A stretch of DNA of 64,000 nucleotides from Lysobacter sp. (GCA_008015835.1 SSGH01000008.1:69165-133164), one strand, 5' to 3'; shown: positions 9,305 through 18,429, counted from the stretch's first letter. The notes: generated from the letters alone by a model not told the origin. Numbers and translations are program-made.

Positions 9305-10077
9305 ACGCAACGGCCGCGCGATCCGCGCAGCAGACCGATAAGCCGTCCATGAAGCCGCCGGTGATCGAAACCCGCGGGCTGGGCAAAGTCTATTCGCCGC
9401 ACAGCGAAGCCGAAGTGATCGCGCTGCAGGACGTGAATCTGCGCATCGAACACGGCGAATTCGTCGCCATCGTCGGGCCGTCTGGCTCCGGCAAATCGAC
9501 GTTGATGAACCTGATCGGCTGTCTGGACACGCCCAGCAGCGGGACGTATTTGTGCGACGGCGTCGATGTCGCCGAACTCGACGCCGAGGCGCGCGCGGCG
9601 CTGCGTCGCGACAAGATCGGCTTCGTGTTCCAAGGCTTCAATCTGCTTTCGCGCATGGACGCCATGGACAACGTCGCGATGCCGCTGAGCTACGCGCGCG
9701 TGCCGGTGGCCGAACGCCGCCGTCGCGCCGCCGAAGCGCTCGCGGCCGTCGGGTTGGGCGAGCGCATGCACCATCGCCCCAACGAACTGTCCGGCGGTCA
9801 GCAGCAGCGCGTGGCGATCGCGCGTGCGTTGATCCACAAGCCCGCGATCCTGATGGCCGACGAACCCACCGGCGCGCTCGATTCGCGCACCGGGCAAGAC
9901 ATTCTCGCTCTGTTCGAGCGCCTGCGCGACGAGGGCCACACCATCATCCTGATCACCCACGACGCCGATGTCGCTGCCCACGCCGACCGCGTGTGCGTGA
10001 TGCGCGACGGGCGCTTGCATGCCGATACCCCGAGCGCGCGCCGCGCGTCCGCCGACGGCGCGGAGGCGCAGGCATGA
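9301..10077 (+). CDS. ABC transporter ATP-binding protein (MacB/LolD-like)
   Basis: Walker A GPSGSGKS, signature LSGGQQQRVAIARAL, ADEPTGALD, H-loop. Start at GTG 9301 or ATG 9349. Confidence 0.92.
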   Translation: MNATAARSAQQTDKPSMKPPVIETRGLGKVYSPHSEAEVIALQDVNLRIEHGEFVAIVGPSGSGKSTLMNLIGCLDTPSSGTYLCDGVDVAELDAEARAALRRDKIGFVFQGFNLLSRMDAMDNVAMPLSYARVPVAERRRRAAEALAAVGLGERMHHRPNELSGGQQQRVAIARALIHKPAILMADEPTGALDSRTGQDILALFERLRDEGHTIILITHDADVAAHADRVCVMRDGRLHADTPSARRASADGAEAQA

Positions 10078-11357
10078 GCGGCGGCGCGACGCACGGCGCT
10101 TCGGACGCCGCCGCGGGCGGCATGAGCCTCGGCGAAGTGCTGCGCACGGCGGCGTTCGCGCTGCGCGGGAATTGGCTGCGCAGCGCCTTGACCTCGCTCG
10201 GCGTGATCATCGGCATCGCGGCGGTGATCGTGATGGTGTCGGTGGGCCAGGGCACGCAGCGCGAGATCGACAAACTCGTCTCCGGCCTCGGTTCGCAGCG
10301 GCTCGACATCAATCCGGGCGGCGCGCGCGGTTTCGGCGGCGTGCGCGTCTCCAGCGGCAATTTCTTCACGCTCACGCAACAGGACGCCGAAGCCATTCGT
10401 CGCGAAGTGCCCGGCGTGCAGTACATCGCCGGCGTGCTGCGCGGCAGTTCGCAGGTGATTTACGCCGAGAACAATTGGCAAACCTCGTGGCAGGGCGTCG
10501 AACCGGAGTGGTTCGAGATCAACGGCTGGGAATTGGGCGAGGGCGACACCTTCGACGCGCGCGATTACAGCAGCGGCGCGAAATCGGTGCTGATCGGCGA
10601 AACCGTGCGTCGCGAACTGTTCGGCGACGAGCGCGGCATCGGCGAAAGCATTCGCATCGGCCGCGTGCCGTTCGTGGTGATCGGCATTCTCAAATCGAAA
10701 GGCCAGGGCGGTTTCGGCCAGGATCAGGACGATATCGCGGTGATGCCGCTGCAAACCGCGCGTCGGCGCATGGCCAGCAGCGCGGCGCTGCCGCCGGGCG
10801 CGGTGCAGCAGATTTCGGTCGGCGTGGCCGATCCGGATGCATTGTCGGCGACGCAGGCGGAAATCGAAGCCCTGCTGCGCCAGCGCCACAAAATCCAACC
10901 GGGCGAAGACGACGACTTCAGCGTGCGCAATTTGGCCGAGATTGTCAGCGCGCGTACGCAGACCACCAAGCTCATGTCGCTACTGCTCGGCGCGGTGGCC
11001 GGCATTTCGCTGATCGTCGGCGGCATCGGCATCATGAACATCATGCTGGTGTCGGTGACCGAGCGCATCCGCGAAATCGGCCTGCGCATGGCGGTCGGGG
11101 CCGGGCCGCGCGACATTCGCCGTCAATTTCTCGCCGAGGCGATGCTGATTTCGTTGATCGGCGGCGTGGTCGGCATCGCGCTCGGCATCGTCGGCGCGTT
11201 ATTGGTGAGCAAGTTCGGCTCGCTGCCGGTCGCGCTCAACGAAAAAGTGATCGGCTTGGCCGCCGGGTTCTCGATCGCCACCGGCCTGTTCTTCGGCTAT
11301 TACCCGGCGAGCAAAGCGGCGAAACTCGATCCGATCGAAGCGCTGCGGCAGCAATAG
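10074..11357 (+). CDS. ABC transporter permease (MacB-PCD/FtsX)
   Basis: LTSLGVIIGIAAVI, GGIGIMNIMLVSVTERIREIGLRMAVGA, PIEALR. Confidence 0.92.
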   Translation: MSGGATHGASDAAAGGMSLGEVLRTAAFALRGNWLRSALTSLGVIIGIAAVIVMVSVGQGTQREIDKLVSGLGSQRLDINPGGARGFGGVRVSSGNFFTLTQQDAEAIRREVPGVQYIAGVLRGSSQVIYAENNWQTSWQGVEPEWFEINGWELGEGDTFDARDYSSGAKSVLIGETVRRELFGDERGIGESIRIGRVPFVVIGILKSKGQGGFGQDQDDIAVMPLQTARRRMASSAALPPGAVQQISVGVADPDALSATQAEIEALLRQRHKIQPGEDDDFSVRNLAEIVSARTQTTKLMSLLLGAVAGISLIVGGIGIMNIMLVSVTERIREIGLRMAVGAGPRDIRRQFLAEAMLISLIGGVVGIALGIVGALLVSKFGSLPVALNEKVIGLAAGFSIATGLFFGYYPASKAAKLDPIEALRQQ

Positions 11358-11363
11358 GCTCGC

Positions 11364-11545
11364 TGTGGGAGCGCCGGAAGGCGCGATCGCTTCGCCGAAC
11401 CTCTGTGCGTTGCGTTTTCCGTCGCTATTCGCTTGTGATTATTTCGATCGCGCCTTGCGGCGCTCCCACAAATCGGCGAAGCGGTCGCGCCTTGCGGCGC
11501 TCGTGCAAATTCAGCGGAGCGGTCGCGCCTTGCGGCGCTCCTACA
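11364..11545. repeat. Cluster of four ~25-nt REP-type palindromic units
   Basis: TGTGGGAGCGCCGGAAGGCGCGATC (11364), then three reverse-oriented copies G(A/G)TCGCGCCTTGCGGCGCTC... at 11446, 11483 and 11521. Lies between convergent genes. Confidence 0.85.
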
Positions 11546-11560
11546 TCGGCGCGATGCCGA

Positions 11561-11989
11561 TCAGCCGGAGGAGACGGTCGCCGTTGCTTCGAACGCCTGC
11601 CGCACGCTGTCGCGCGCCAGCACCAACAGCGTGAACACGCCGAGCATCGTGCCGAACGGCACCTGCAGCACGTTCAGGCCGGCGACGACCATGCAGAACG
11701 TGCGATGGCGCCGCGCTTTCAGAAAGCGCGCCGACATGACATTCAGGGTCATGCCGATCAAGCACATCACGGCCATGATCACGTAGATCCAGATGAAGAT
11801 GTCCATGAACGCCTCTGGCGGTGGGTTGTTGCCGCCTTTGGCGTGCTCCATCGACATCATCGTGTTCAAAAACGTGTAGTGCAGCGCGACGAAGCTCAGA
11901 CCGCAGACGCCCAAGCCCGCGAAAACGTAATGGAAAATCGTCAGCAGTCGCAGATGGTCGCGATCCTGCGTGGTCAACGAATCGTTCAT
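11561..11989 (-). CDS. Hypothetical membrane protein (3-4 TM)
   Basis: DHLRLLTIFHYV, hydrophobic helices, PFGTMLGVFTLLVL; start inferred at MNDSLT. Confidence 0.75.
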   Translation of the reverse strand: MNDSLTTQDRDHLRLLTIFHYVFAGLGVCGLSFVALHYTFLNTMMSMEHAKGGNNPPPEAFMDIFIWIYVIMAVMCLIGMTLNVMSARFLKARRHRTFCMVVAGLNVLQVPFGTMLGVFTLLVLARDSVRQAFEATATVSSG

Positions 11990-12183
11990 CGTGCGCTCTC
12001 CTGTATGCGTCGCGGGCATCATCGCGCCCACGGCGCAGGCGGTCAACGGCGCAAGCGGTCATTAACAAAAGCGCCCAAAAGCGCTGGTTTGCCGGATTTG
12101 GCGCGAACGAGGCGAACCAGCGACCGGCGAGCGCCGATCGCGTTCGTTTGCCGTCCGCATCGACAACGATCGCGCGGTCTGCG

Positions 12184-13641
12184 CTACCCGTTGGGCAGGG
12201 TGCGATCCGCGTGACGTTTCGCGATATTTCCGCGCCGCTCGCGGGCGACGACGATGCGATCGACGACGACGAACGCCAACAAGGCGGCGCCCGCCAGCGG
12301 AAACAGCGCAGCCAGCGCGATCATCGCCACGATCATCGAGCGCGGCAGCGCGTGATCGCGCGCGTCGGGAACGCCCATCCGCCCGCTCGGCCGGCGTCGC
12401 CACCACATCACGATGCCCGCGAACACGGCGACGAGCAGCCCGACGCAGATCGCGAGCGCGAGCAAGCGATTCGGTTCGCCGAATTGCCGGCCCATGTGCG
12501 CCATCACGCCCCATTCCACCGCGCGTCCCAGCGGGCTGTAATCGCGCCAGCCGATGTCCTGCAGCACGCGGCCGGAATACGGATCGACATACAGCGTGCG
12601 TTGATCCTGCGCGCGGTCCGGTATCAGACTGAGCGTGTACACATCGCGTTCGCCTTCGGGATAGAACACGCGCAGACGCGGCCCGATGCGGGTGAGGCCG
12701 CGCCGTTCCGCGATCCGCATGACGTCCTGCAGCGCGATGCGAGCGGCGCCCGTTCGCGTCGCTTGCGGCGGCGCGCGGCCCGATTCGCGCACCGCCCAGG
12801 GCAATGCGGCGGTGTCGTCGCGGTCGCGATGTTGTGCATGCGGGTCGACGCCCGCGGCTGTCTCGACGGTGCCGAGCGAATCGAGCGTCGGCGCTGCGCT
12901 GAAGTTCGGCGTCGGTCGCGTCGCTTCGCTCAGGGTGCCGAGTTTCGCGAGTTGTTCGCCCCAGAATCCCGACCACGGCAGCCCCGACAGCACCAGAAAC
13001 ACGATCCCGACGGCCAGCAGCGCCGAGGGGATCGCGTGCAGATCGCGCCAGAACGCGCGGCCCGTCGCGCCCAGACGCGGCACCAGCACGCCGCGCACCC
13101 GCCAACGCGCGGGCCACCACAGCCACAGCCCGGTCAGCGTCATGATCAGCGCGCCGCTGGCGGTGAGCTCCACGAACCAGTCGCCGGGCCGGCCGAGCAG
13201 CAGCTCGCCGTGCAGATCGGAGATCACGTGCATCAATCGGCGATGTTCGGGAATCGAACCGGTCACGCGCGCTGTCCACGGATCGACCAAGACCGCGCGC
13301 CGCGCGCCGCGTGGATCGACCACGGCCCAGGCGGCGACATGCGTACGATCGTGCGGCAATACCACCGACGCCAGTCGCGCGCCCGGAAACGCGCGCCGCA
13401 CCGCCGATTCTTGATCGGCGATGGGCGCGCGTCGTTCGCCGGGTTCCACGTTCATCAATTCGCCGTACCAAGCGCGCTCGATCTCGCTGTCGTAGAGATA
13501 GAGCGCGCCGGTGATCGCCAGCACCGACAGCACCGGCGCGATCAACAGGCCCATGTAGAAATGCCAACGCCAGATCGCGCGATACGATTTCTTGCGCGGG
13601 CCGGTGTCGATCGCGTCGGCGGTGTCGGCGGCGTCGTTCAT
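12184..13641 (-). CDS. PepSY-associated TM helix domain protein
   Basis: YRAIWRWHFYMGL, DLHGELLLG, RDLHAIPS, WGVMAHMG; directly downstream of a TonB receptor. Confidence 0.9.
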   Translation of the reverse strand: MNDAADTADAIDTGPRKKSYRAIWRWHFYMGLLIAPVLSVLAITGALYLYDSEIERAWYGELMNVEPGERRAPIADQESAVRRAFPGARLASVVLPHDRTHVAAWAVVDPRGARRAVLVDPWTARVTGSIPEHRRLMHVISDLHGELLLGRPGDWFVELTASGALIMTLTGLWLWWPARWRVRGVLVPRLGATGRAFWRDLHAIPSALLAVGIVFLVLSGLPWSGFWGEQLAKLGTLSEATRPTPNFSAAPTLDSLGTVETAAGVDPHAQHRDRDDTAALPWAVRESGRAPPQATRTGAARIALQDVMRIAERRGLTRIGPRLRVFYPEGERDVYTLSLIPDRAQDQRTLYVDPYSGRVLQDIGWRDYSPLGRAVEWGVMAHMGRQFGEPNRLLALAICVGLLVAVFAGIVMWWRRRPSGRMGVPDARDHALPRSMIVAMIALAALFPLAGAALLAFVVVDRIVVARERRGNIAKRHADRTLPNG

Positions 13642-13645
13642 GGCC

Positions 13646-15757
13646 TCAGAACGCCCAGTTCAGACGCAGACTGACATGGCGCGGATCGCCCGGCAGCACG
13701 TTGAACACATTGCCCGACGCGGCGTAGTAGCGTTTGTCGAGCGCGTTGTTCACGGTGAGATCGGCGGACCACGCGTCGCGGGCGTAATGCACGCCGAGAT
13801 CGACCAGACCGTAACCGGGCAGGCGCACATCGCTGCCGTTCACCAAGCGCCGCTCCGATACGCCGTAGACGCCGCCTTGCAACGACCAGGGCGTGCCGGC
13901 GAAGGCGTAACGCGCGCGGACGAGGCCGGTGAGTTTGGGGGTGTCGCCGAGCTCGGCGTCCTGGTCGCCGTCGTAACTGCGCGTGACCTTGCCGTCGAGT
14001 CTCGCCAGACCCCAGTTCAAGGCGAGGTTCTCGCCCAGCCGCGAATCGCCTTCCAGCTCGATGCCGCGCACGCGCTGTTCGCCGTCCTGCACGCTGAAAT
14101 CCGGATTGGTCGGGTCGGTGGTCAGCGCATCGATGCGGCGCAGATCGAAGACCGCGGCGCTGAGGCGATGCCGCTCGGTGTTCCAACGCAGGCCGGCTTC
14201 GACTTGTCGCGAACGTTCCGGGTCGAACGGTTGGCCGTTCGCGCCGCGGGCGCCGAGCGTACTTTCGGTATCGAAGCCTGTGTTCACGCCGCCGAACAGC
14301 GACCAGCGGTCGGAGAGGCGAACGTTCGTCGCCAACTGCCACGTGGTCGCCGAGACTTCGGAGCTGTCGCGCACGCCGTCGTTAGTTTGCGTGTAGTCGA
14401 AGCGGCTATGACGCACGCCCACGATCGCGTCCCACGTCGGCGTCAGCGCGATCAAGTCCTGCGCGTAGAGCGCGGTGCCGTCCCCGAGGCCGGCGAAGTC
14501 GAAACCGAATACGGTGGTCGGCGCGACCGCAGGATAAGTGTAGGTCGGACGATAGATATCGACCGCGCCGACGTTGGTCAGGTTGTACTGCAGGAAGGTG
14601 CTGTCTTCGCGGCTGGCTTCCACGCCCAGCAACACTTGATGCCCGACCGAACCGGTGTCGAAGCGGCCCGACAGGTCCAATTGCGCGATCTGGTAATCGT
14701 CGTCTTCCGTGCCGAAGCGGCCGTTGCGGTTCACGGTGGTGCCGTTGGCCTGCATCGCGCGCAGACGGATCTGGCTGAAGTCGGTGCGGAAACCCTGATA
14801 TTGATAACGCGGCGTCAGCGTCCACGCATCGGACAGCCGAATATCCGCCCACAGTTGGATGAGCGGCGAATCGGCGGTGAGCGGACGGATCGACGGCTCG
14901 CCGAGGAAGACATCGCGCGAGACGCGGCCCTGGCCGTTGTTCGCCACCGTGCCGATCACCGGCAGGCCGGAATAGCCCAGGGTTTCGCGTTCGATGTACT
15001 CCGACAACCAATGCACCGTGACCGCATCCGACACAGTCCAACGCGCGGCCAGCGCGATGTTGTTGCGGTCGATGTCCTGACGATCGACGAAGGTGCCCGA
15101 ACGTTCGATTTCGCCGGTCAGACGCGCGGCGAAACGGCCGTCGCCACCGAGGCCGCCGGTCAGGTCGAAGCCGGCGACGCGTTCGTCGTCCTCGCCGACG
15201 CGCACCCAGGCGCTGCCGCCGAAAGCGTCTTCGGGGCGTTTGGTGATGATGCTGACGATGCCGCCGATCGCCGACTGCCCGTACAGCACCGACGACGGGC
15301 CTTTCAGCACTTCCACGCGATCGACGTTCGACATCGCCGAGGCATCGATGTCTTCGTAATAGCGCTGACGAATGCCGTTGCGCATTTGATCGGCGAGAAA
15401 ACCGCGCACTTTCAAGCTGAAACTCTGATAGCGCGACACGCGCGATTGCCCGGCGTTCGCGCTGGGCACGTTGCGCAGCAGGTCGCCGACGCTGCGTGCG
15501 CCTTGCGCTTGAATCTGTTCGCCGGAGATCACCTGCACGCTTTGCGGCATGCGCGACAGCGGGATGCCGGATTTCTCGCCGAAGGCATCGTCGGTCTTGG
15601 TGCCGGTCACGACGATGGTGTCGAGGGTGTCGGCGGACGCGTCGTTCGTGTCGTCGGCGGTGGGCGTCGCCGACATCGCCGGAAAAGATAAGCCGCAGGC
15701 GATGGCCAAGGCGAGACCGGCGCGGCGTGGGAGGAGGTTGCGTCGAGTGAGGTTCAT
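13646..15757 (-). CDS. TonB-dependent receptor
   Basis: Signal peptide, TonB-box-like DTIVVTG, plug RVEVLKGPSSVLYGQ..GGIVSIITK, C-terminal NNALDKRYY...LRLNWAF. Confidence 0.93.
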   Translation of the reverse strand: MNLTRRNLLPRRAGLALAIACGLSFPAMSATPTADDTNDASADTLDTIVVTGTKTDDAFGEKSGIPLSRMPQSVQVISGEQIQAQGARSVGDLLRNVPSANAGQSRVSRYQSFSLKVRGFLADQMRNGIRQRYYEDIDASAMSNVDRVEVLKGPSSVLYGQSAIGGIVSIITKRPEDAFGGSAWVRVGEDDERVAGFDLTGGLGGDGRFAARLTGEIERSGTFVDRQDIDRNNIALAARWTVSDAVTVHWLSEYIERETLGYSGLPVIGTVANNGQGRVSRDVFLGEPSIRPLTADSPLIQLWADIRLSDAWTLTPRYQYQGFRTDFSQIRLRAMQANGTTVNRNGRFGTEDDDYQIAQLDLSGRFDTGSVGHQVLLGVEASREDSTFLQYNLTNVGAVDIYRPTYTYPAVAPTTVFGFDFAGLGDGTALYAQDLIALTPTWDAIVGVRHSRFDYTQTNDGVRDSSEVSATTWQLATNVRLSDRWSLFGGVNTGFDTESTLGARGANGQPFDPERSRQVEAGLRWNTERHRLSAAVFDLRRIDALTTDPTNPDFSVQDGEQRVRGIELEGDSRLGENLALNWGLARLDGKVTRSYDGDQDAELGDTPKLTGLVRARYAFAGTPWSLQGGVYGVSERRLVNGSDVRLPGYGLVDLGVHYARDAWSADLTVNNALDKRYYAASGNVFNVLPGDPRHVSLRLNWAF

Positions 15758-16032
15758 AAGTGGCTGCGTTCCTGTGGATGAATGAAGGTGTCCGACGCGC
15801 GCGCTGGACGCGCGTCGCGCGGAAAGTCGCGATGCGTGAGCGTGGGGCGAGACGAAGGACCGCAATGTCCCGGCGCCGGCCGAATTCGACCGACGGAACG
15901 ATGCGTTGAGTTGGGTGGGCGGGCGGTTCGCGACCGATGGGGGGCGCAAATGCCCCCATCGATCGCGAAGCGTGGACGCTGCCGATGTTCGACACCCGCG
16001 GTGCGATGTCGAAGCGACGGCGGCGAGACGCG

Positions 16033-16548
16033 TTATCGGCTGCCCATCTCGCGGACTTCGAGTTTCACCTCGCGCGTGCCGGCGCGTTCGAAGCGCAACG
16101 TCGCGGTAACGGTTTCGCCGCGCACGAAGGGATGCTTCGGGCCGATGAACATCAGGTGATAGCCGCCGGGTTTGAGCTGCGTGCTTGTCTTTGCCGGAAT
16201 TTCCAGTCCGTCGTCGAGTTTGCGCATGCGCATCACGCCGTCGGTCATGCTCATCTCGTGGATTTCCACGCGCTCGGCATCCGGGCTGGTCGCCGACAGC
16301 AGACGATCGGCGCGCGCGTCGTCGTTGCGCACGGTGAGGAACCCGCCGGCCACCGGCGCTTTCGGCGGCGTGGCGCGCGTCCATGCGTTTTCGATGGCGA
16401 GCATGGCCTTGGCTTTCGCCTTGGGGCCGGCGGCGAACGTCGCGGTGGACAACGCCAGCGAAGCGGCGGTCACAGCGACGATCACAGCGGCGATGCCGAA
16501 GCGGGCACGGAGGGCGACGCGTGGGGAAGGGGAATGCATGGCGTTCAT
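16033..16548 (-). CDS. Copper chaperone PCu(A)C
   Basis: AWTRATPP, ERVEIHEM...GVMRM, LKPGGYHLM (H-x-M...H-x-M Cu site). Confidence 0.92.
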   Translation of the reverse strand: MNAMHSPSPRVALRARFGIAAVIVAVTAASLALSTATFAAGPKAKAKAMLAIENAWTRATPPKAPVAGGFLTVRNDDARADRLLSATSPDAERVEIHEMSMTDGVMRMRKLDDGLEIPAKTSTQLKPGGYHLMFIGPKHPFVRGETVTATLRFERAGTREVKLEVREMGSR

Positions 16549-16679
16549 AGTTCGATCTCGATGTCGTCTAACAGGGTGTGGGAATGGACGCGGCGGCCGT
16601 CGCGTTCGGCCAGCGCCGACAGCAGAAACACGGCCCAGCCGATCAGCCAGAACAGCGCGAAGAAAAAGAAGGCTTCCAT
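16545..16679 (-). CDS. Unannotated 44-aa single-TM peptide (MEAFFFFALFWLIGWAVFLLSALAERDGRRVHSHTLLDDIEIEL)
   Basis: Below the ORF-track cutoff. RBS-like AAGGGAGAG upstream; begins 3 nt after the DJ-1 stop; its TGA overlaps the PCuAC ATG. Confidence 0.7.
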   Translation of the reverse strand: MEAFFFFALFWLIGWAVFLLSALAERDGRRVHSHTLLDDIEIEL

Positions 16680-16682
16680 CGC

Positions 16683-17522
16683 TCACTCTCCCTTCGTCGG
16701 CTGCGTATCGCGCGCGATCCGTCGTGCGCGTGCGATGAACCCGGGGAACATGCCGCCGATCATGTCGACGACGGCCTGCGGCGCGGTGGCGGGCGTTCCC
16801 GCATCGAACGGCGGCTTCGGCGCGTACTCGGCGAGCAATTGCACGCCTTCGGCGTAACTGCGGTCGCGCAGTTCGGCGACCATCGTCAAACCGAGATCGA
16901 GCCCTGCGGAGACGCCCGCGCCGGTCACGCGATTGCGATCCCGCACGACGCGTTCGTCGACCGGGATCGCGCCGAAGTCGCGAAGCACGTCGCGCGCGAC
17001 CCAATGCCCGGTGGCGCGATAGCCGGTGAGCAGACCCGCGCGCGCCAGCAGCAACGAACCGGTGCACACCGAAGTCACCCATTTGGCGCGCGCGCCGCGA
17101 TCGGCGACGAACGCGACCAGCGCCGGGTCTTCCATCGCGTCGAGCACGCCGCCGCCGCTGCCGGGCACGAACAGCACGTCGAGCTGCGAGGGGCATTCGT
17201 CCAGCGTCGCCGTCGGTACGATCGACAGCCCGGTGTCGCTGGTGACCGGTGCGTGCGTCTTCGCCACCAGATGCACGGTCGCGCCCATCAGATTCGCGAA
17301 GAAATACTGAGGCCCGACCAGATCCAGCGCGGTGAACCCAGGGTAGAGCAGCATCGCGATCTTGTCGGTGCCCATCCACGAGGCCGGCATCGCGCTCATA
17401 TCGTGGTCGGGCGGCGCTTCGCGCGTCGCCGGAGTTTCGGCGGCGCTCGTCGCCGCCGCGCCGGCCAAGAGCGAAGCGGCCGAAGAGGTCGCGGCGATCA
17501 AAAAACGTCTGCGGTTGGACAT
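16683..17522 (-). CDS. Tat-signal DJ-1/PfpI family protein, isonitrile (isocyanide) hydratase-like
   Basis: MSNRRRFL Tat motif; LDLVGP (Asp), VTSVCTGS (Cys-Thr), EYAPKPPFDAGTP as in InhA/ICH; DHDMSAM linker. Confidence 0.85.
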   Translation of the reverse strand: MSNRRRFLIAATSSAASLLAGAAATSAAETPATREAPPDHDMSAMPASWMGTDKIAMLLYPGFTALDLVGPQYFFANLMGATVHLVAKTHAPVTSDTGLSIVPTATLDECPSQLDVLFVPGSGGGVLDAMEDPALVAFVADRGARAKWVTSVCTGSLLLARAGLLTGYRATGHWVARDVLRDFGAIPVDERVVRDRNRVTGAGVSAGLDLGLTMVAELRDRSYAEGVQLLAEYAPKPPFDAGTPATAPQAVVDMIGGMFPGFIARARRIARDTQPTKGE

Positions 17523-17531
17523 GACGACTCC

Positions 17532-17931
17532 TCAGTAATCCACGCGAAACGTCAGCAGCGCGTTGCGCGACGCGCCGGGCTGATTCCAGTCCGTCACGTG
17601 CTGATGGCTGCCGGTGAAGTACGCGCGATCGAACACGTTGTTGATGTTGAACTGCACCTGCGCTTTCGCATCGCCCAGCGGGAATCGATACGCCGCCATC
17701 GCATCGTTCTGCGGCGTACGACGGACGCAGGCCGATCACTTCGACCGTGTCGAGAGACTCCGGCGAGGTTTCGGGGGAAGCCTGCGAAGGCGAGGGGGCC
17801 TCCGCTGCGGATGCTGAGGGGGAGGTTTGAGCGAGGGCGGACAGCGCGGGAATCAGCGCGGGAATCAGCGCGGCCGTCACGGCCACGGACAACAGCGATG
17901 CGCGCGGCATCGCCTTCGGTGCGAATGGCAT
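17532..17931 (-). pseudogene. Internally deleted TonB-dependent receptor (N-terminus fused out of frame to C-terminus)
   Basis: Signal peptide plus SLDTVEVIGLRPSYAAE, then in another frame DAMAAYRF...QVQFNINNVFDRAYF...RNALLTFRVDY-stop (17532-17534). Plug and barrel are missing. Confidence 0.85.
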
Positions 17932-18000
17932 GAAGGAGGGCTCCGGAAAGACGCGGAACCGCGCCGGAAATCCGGGCGCGGTCGTGGAGTGAGTCGTGCG

Positions 18001-18429
18001 TCAGACCGTGAGCGGCGGGCCGCGAGAACCGAGGCCGAGCGGGTAATGCCAAATGGGCGCAGGAACGCCGCGAGCGGGCGATGCGACCGCGACGACGGGC
18101 GCGAGAGCGATCGCCGACGTCGGAACGGGAACGAGGGAAGCGGCGGCGATCGCGCAGTAATCGCAGTCGTCGCCGGTGTGCGGCGGCAGCGGCGTTTCGC
18201 TGTCGGTCCGCAGCGAGAAGCCGGCCGCTTCGACCGCTGCCGCCGTCGCGTCGTACGCCAGTCCTTTCGCGGTGCACATCGCGCCCAGCGCGGCCGCGAT
18301 CTCGCGATTACCGTCTTTGGGCGCCGTCTCCTGCGCGAGGCGCCCGATGCTCGGAAGCAGCGTGAGCGCCAGCATCGCCGCGAGGGCGAGCCGGCTCATG
18401 CAGCGCTGGAAGGCGTGATACCGAGACAT
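18001..18429 (-). CDS. DUF2946 / CruR-like copper-responsive leader protein
   Basis: N-terminal hydrophobic segment, CDYC (CxxC), C-terminal GSRGPP; heads a TBDR/PCuAC/PepSY operon. Confidence 0.85.
   Translation of the reverse strand: MSRYHAFQRCMSRLALAAMLALTLLPSIGRLAQETAPKDGNREIAAALGAMCTAKGLAYDATAAAVEAAGFSLRTDSETPLPPHTGDDCDYCAIAAASLVPVPTSAIALAPVVAVASPARGVPAPIWHYPLGLGSRGPPLTV

Noticed and set aside
11364-11545. Possible CRISPR array
   Set aside because: Units are in mixed orientation with irregular short spacers, and there are no cas genes. It fits a REP cluster.
15758-16032. Second DUF2946 leader or riboswitch before the intact TonB receptor
   Set aside because: No frame has CxxC plus RAPP/RGPP, and I see no cobalamin/TPP riboswitch consensus. 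Only generic hairpins (e.g. about 15935-15961) are present.
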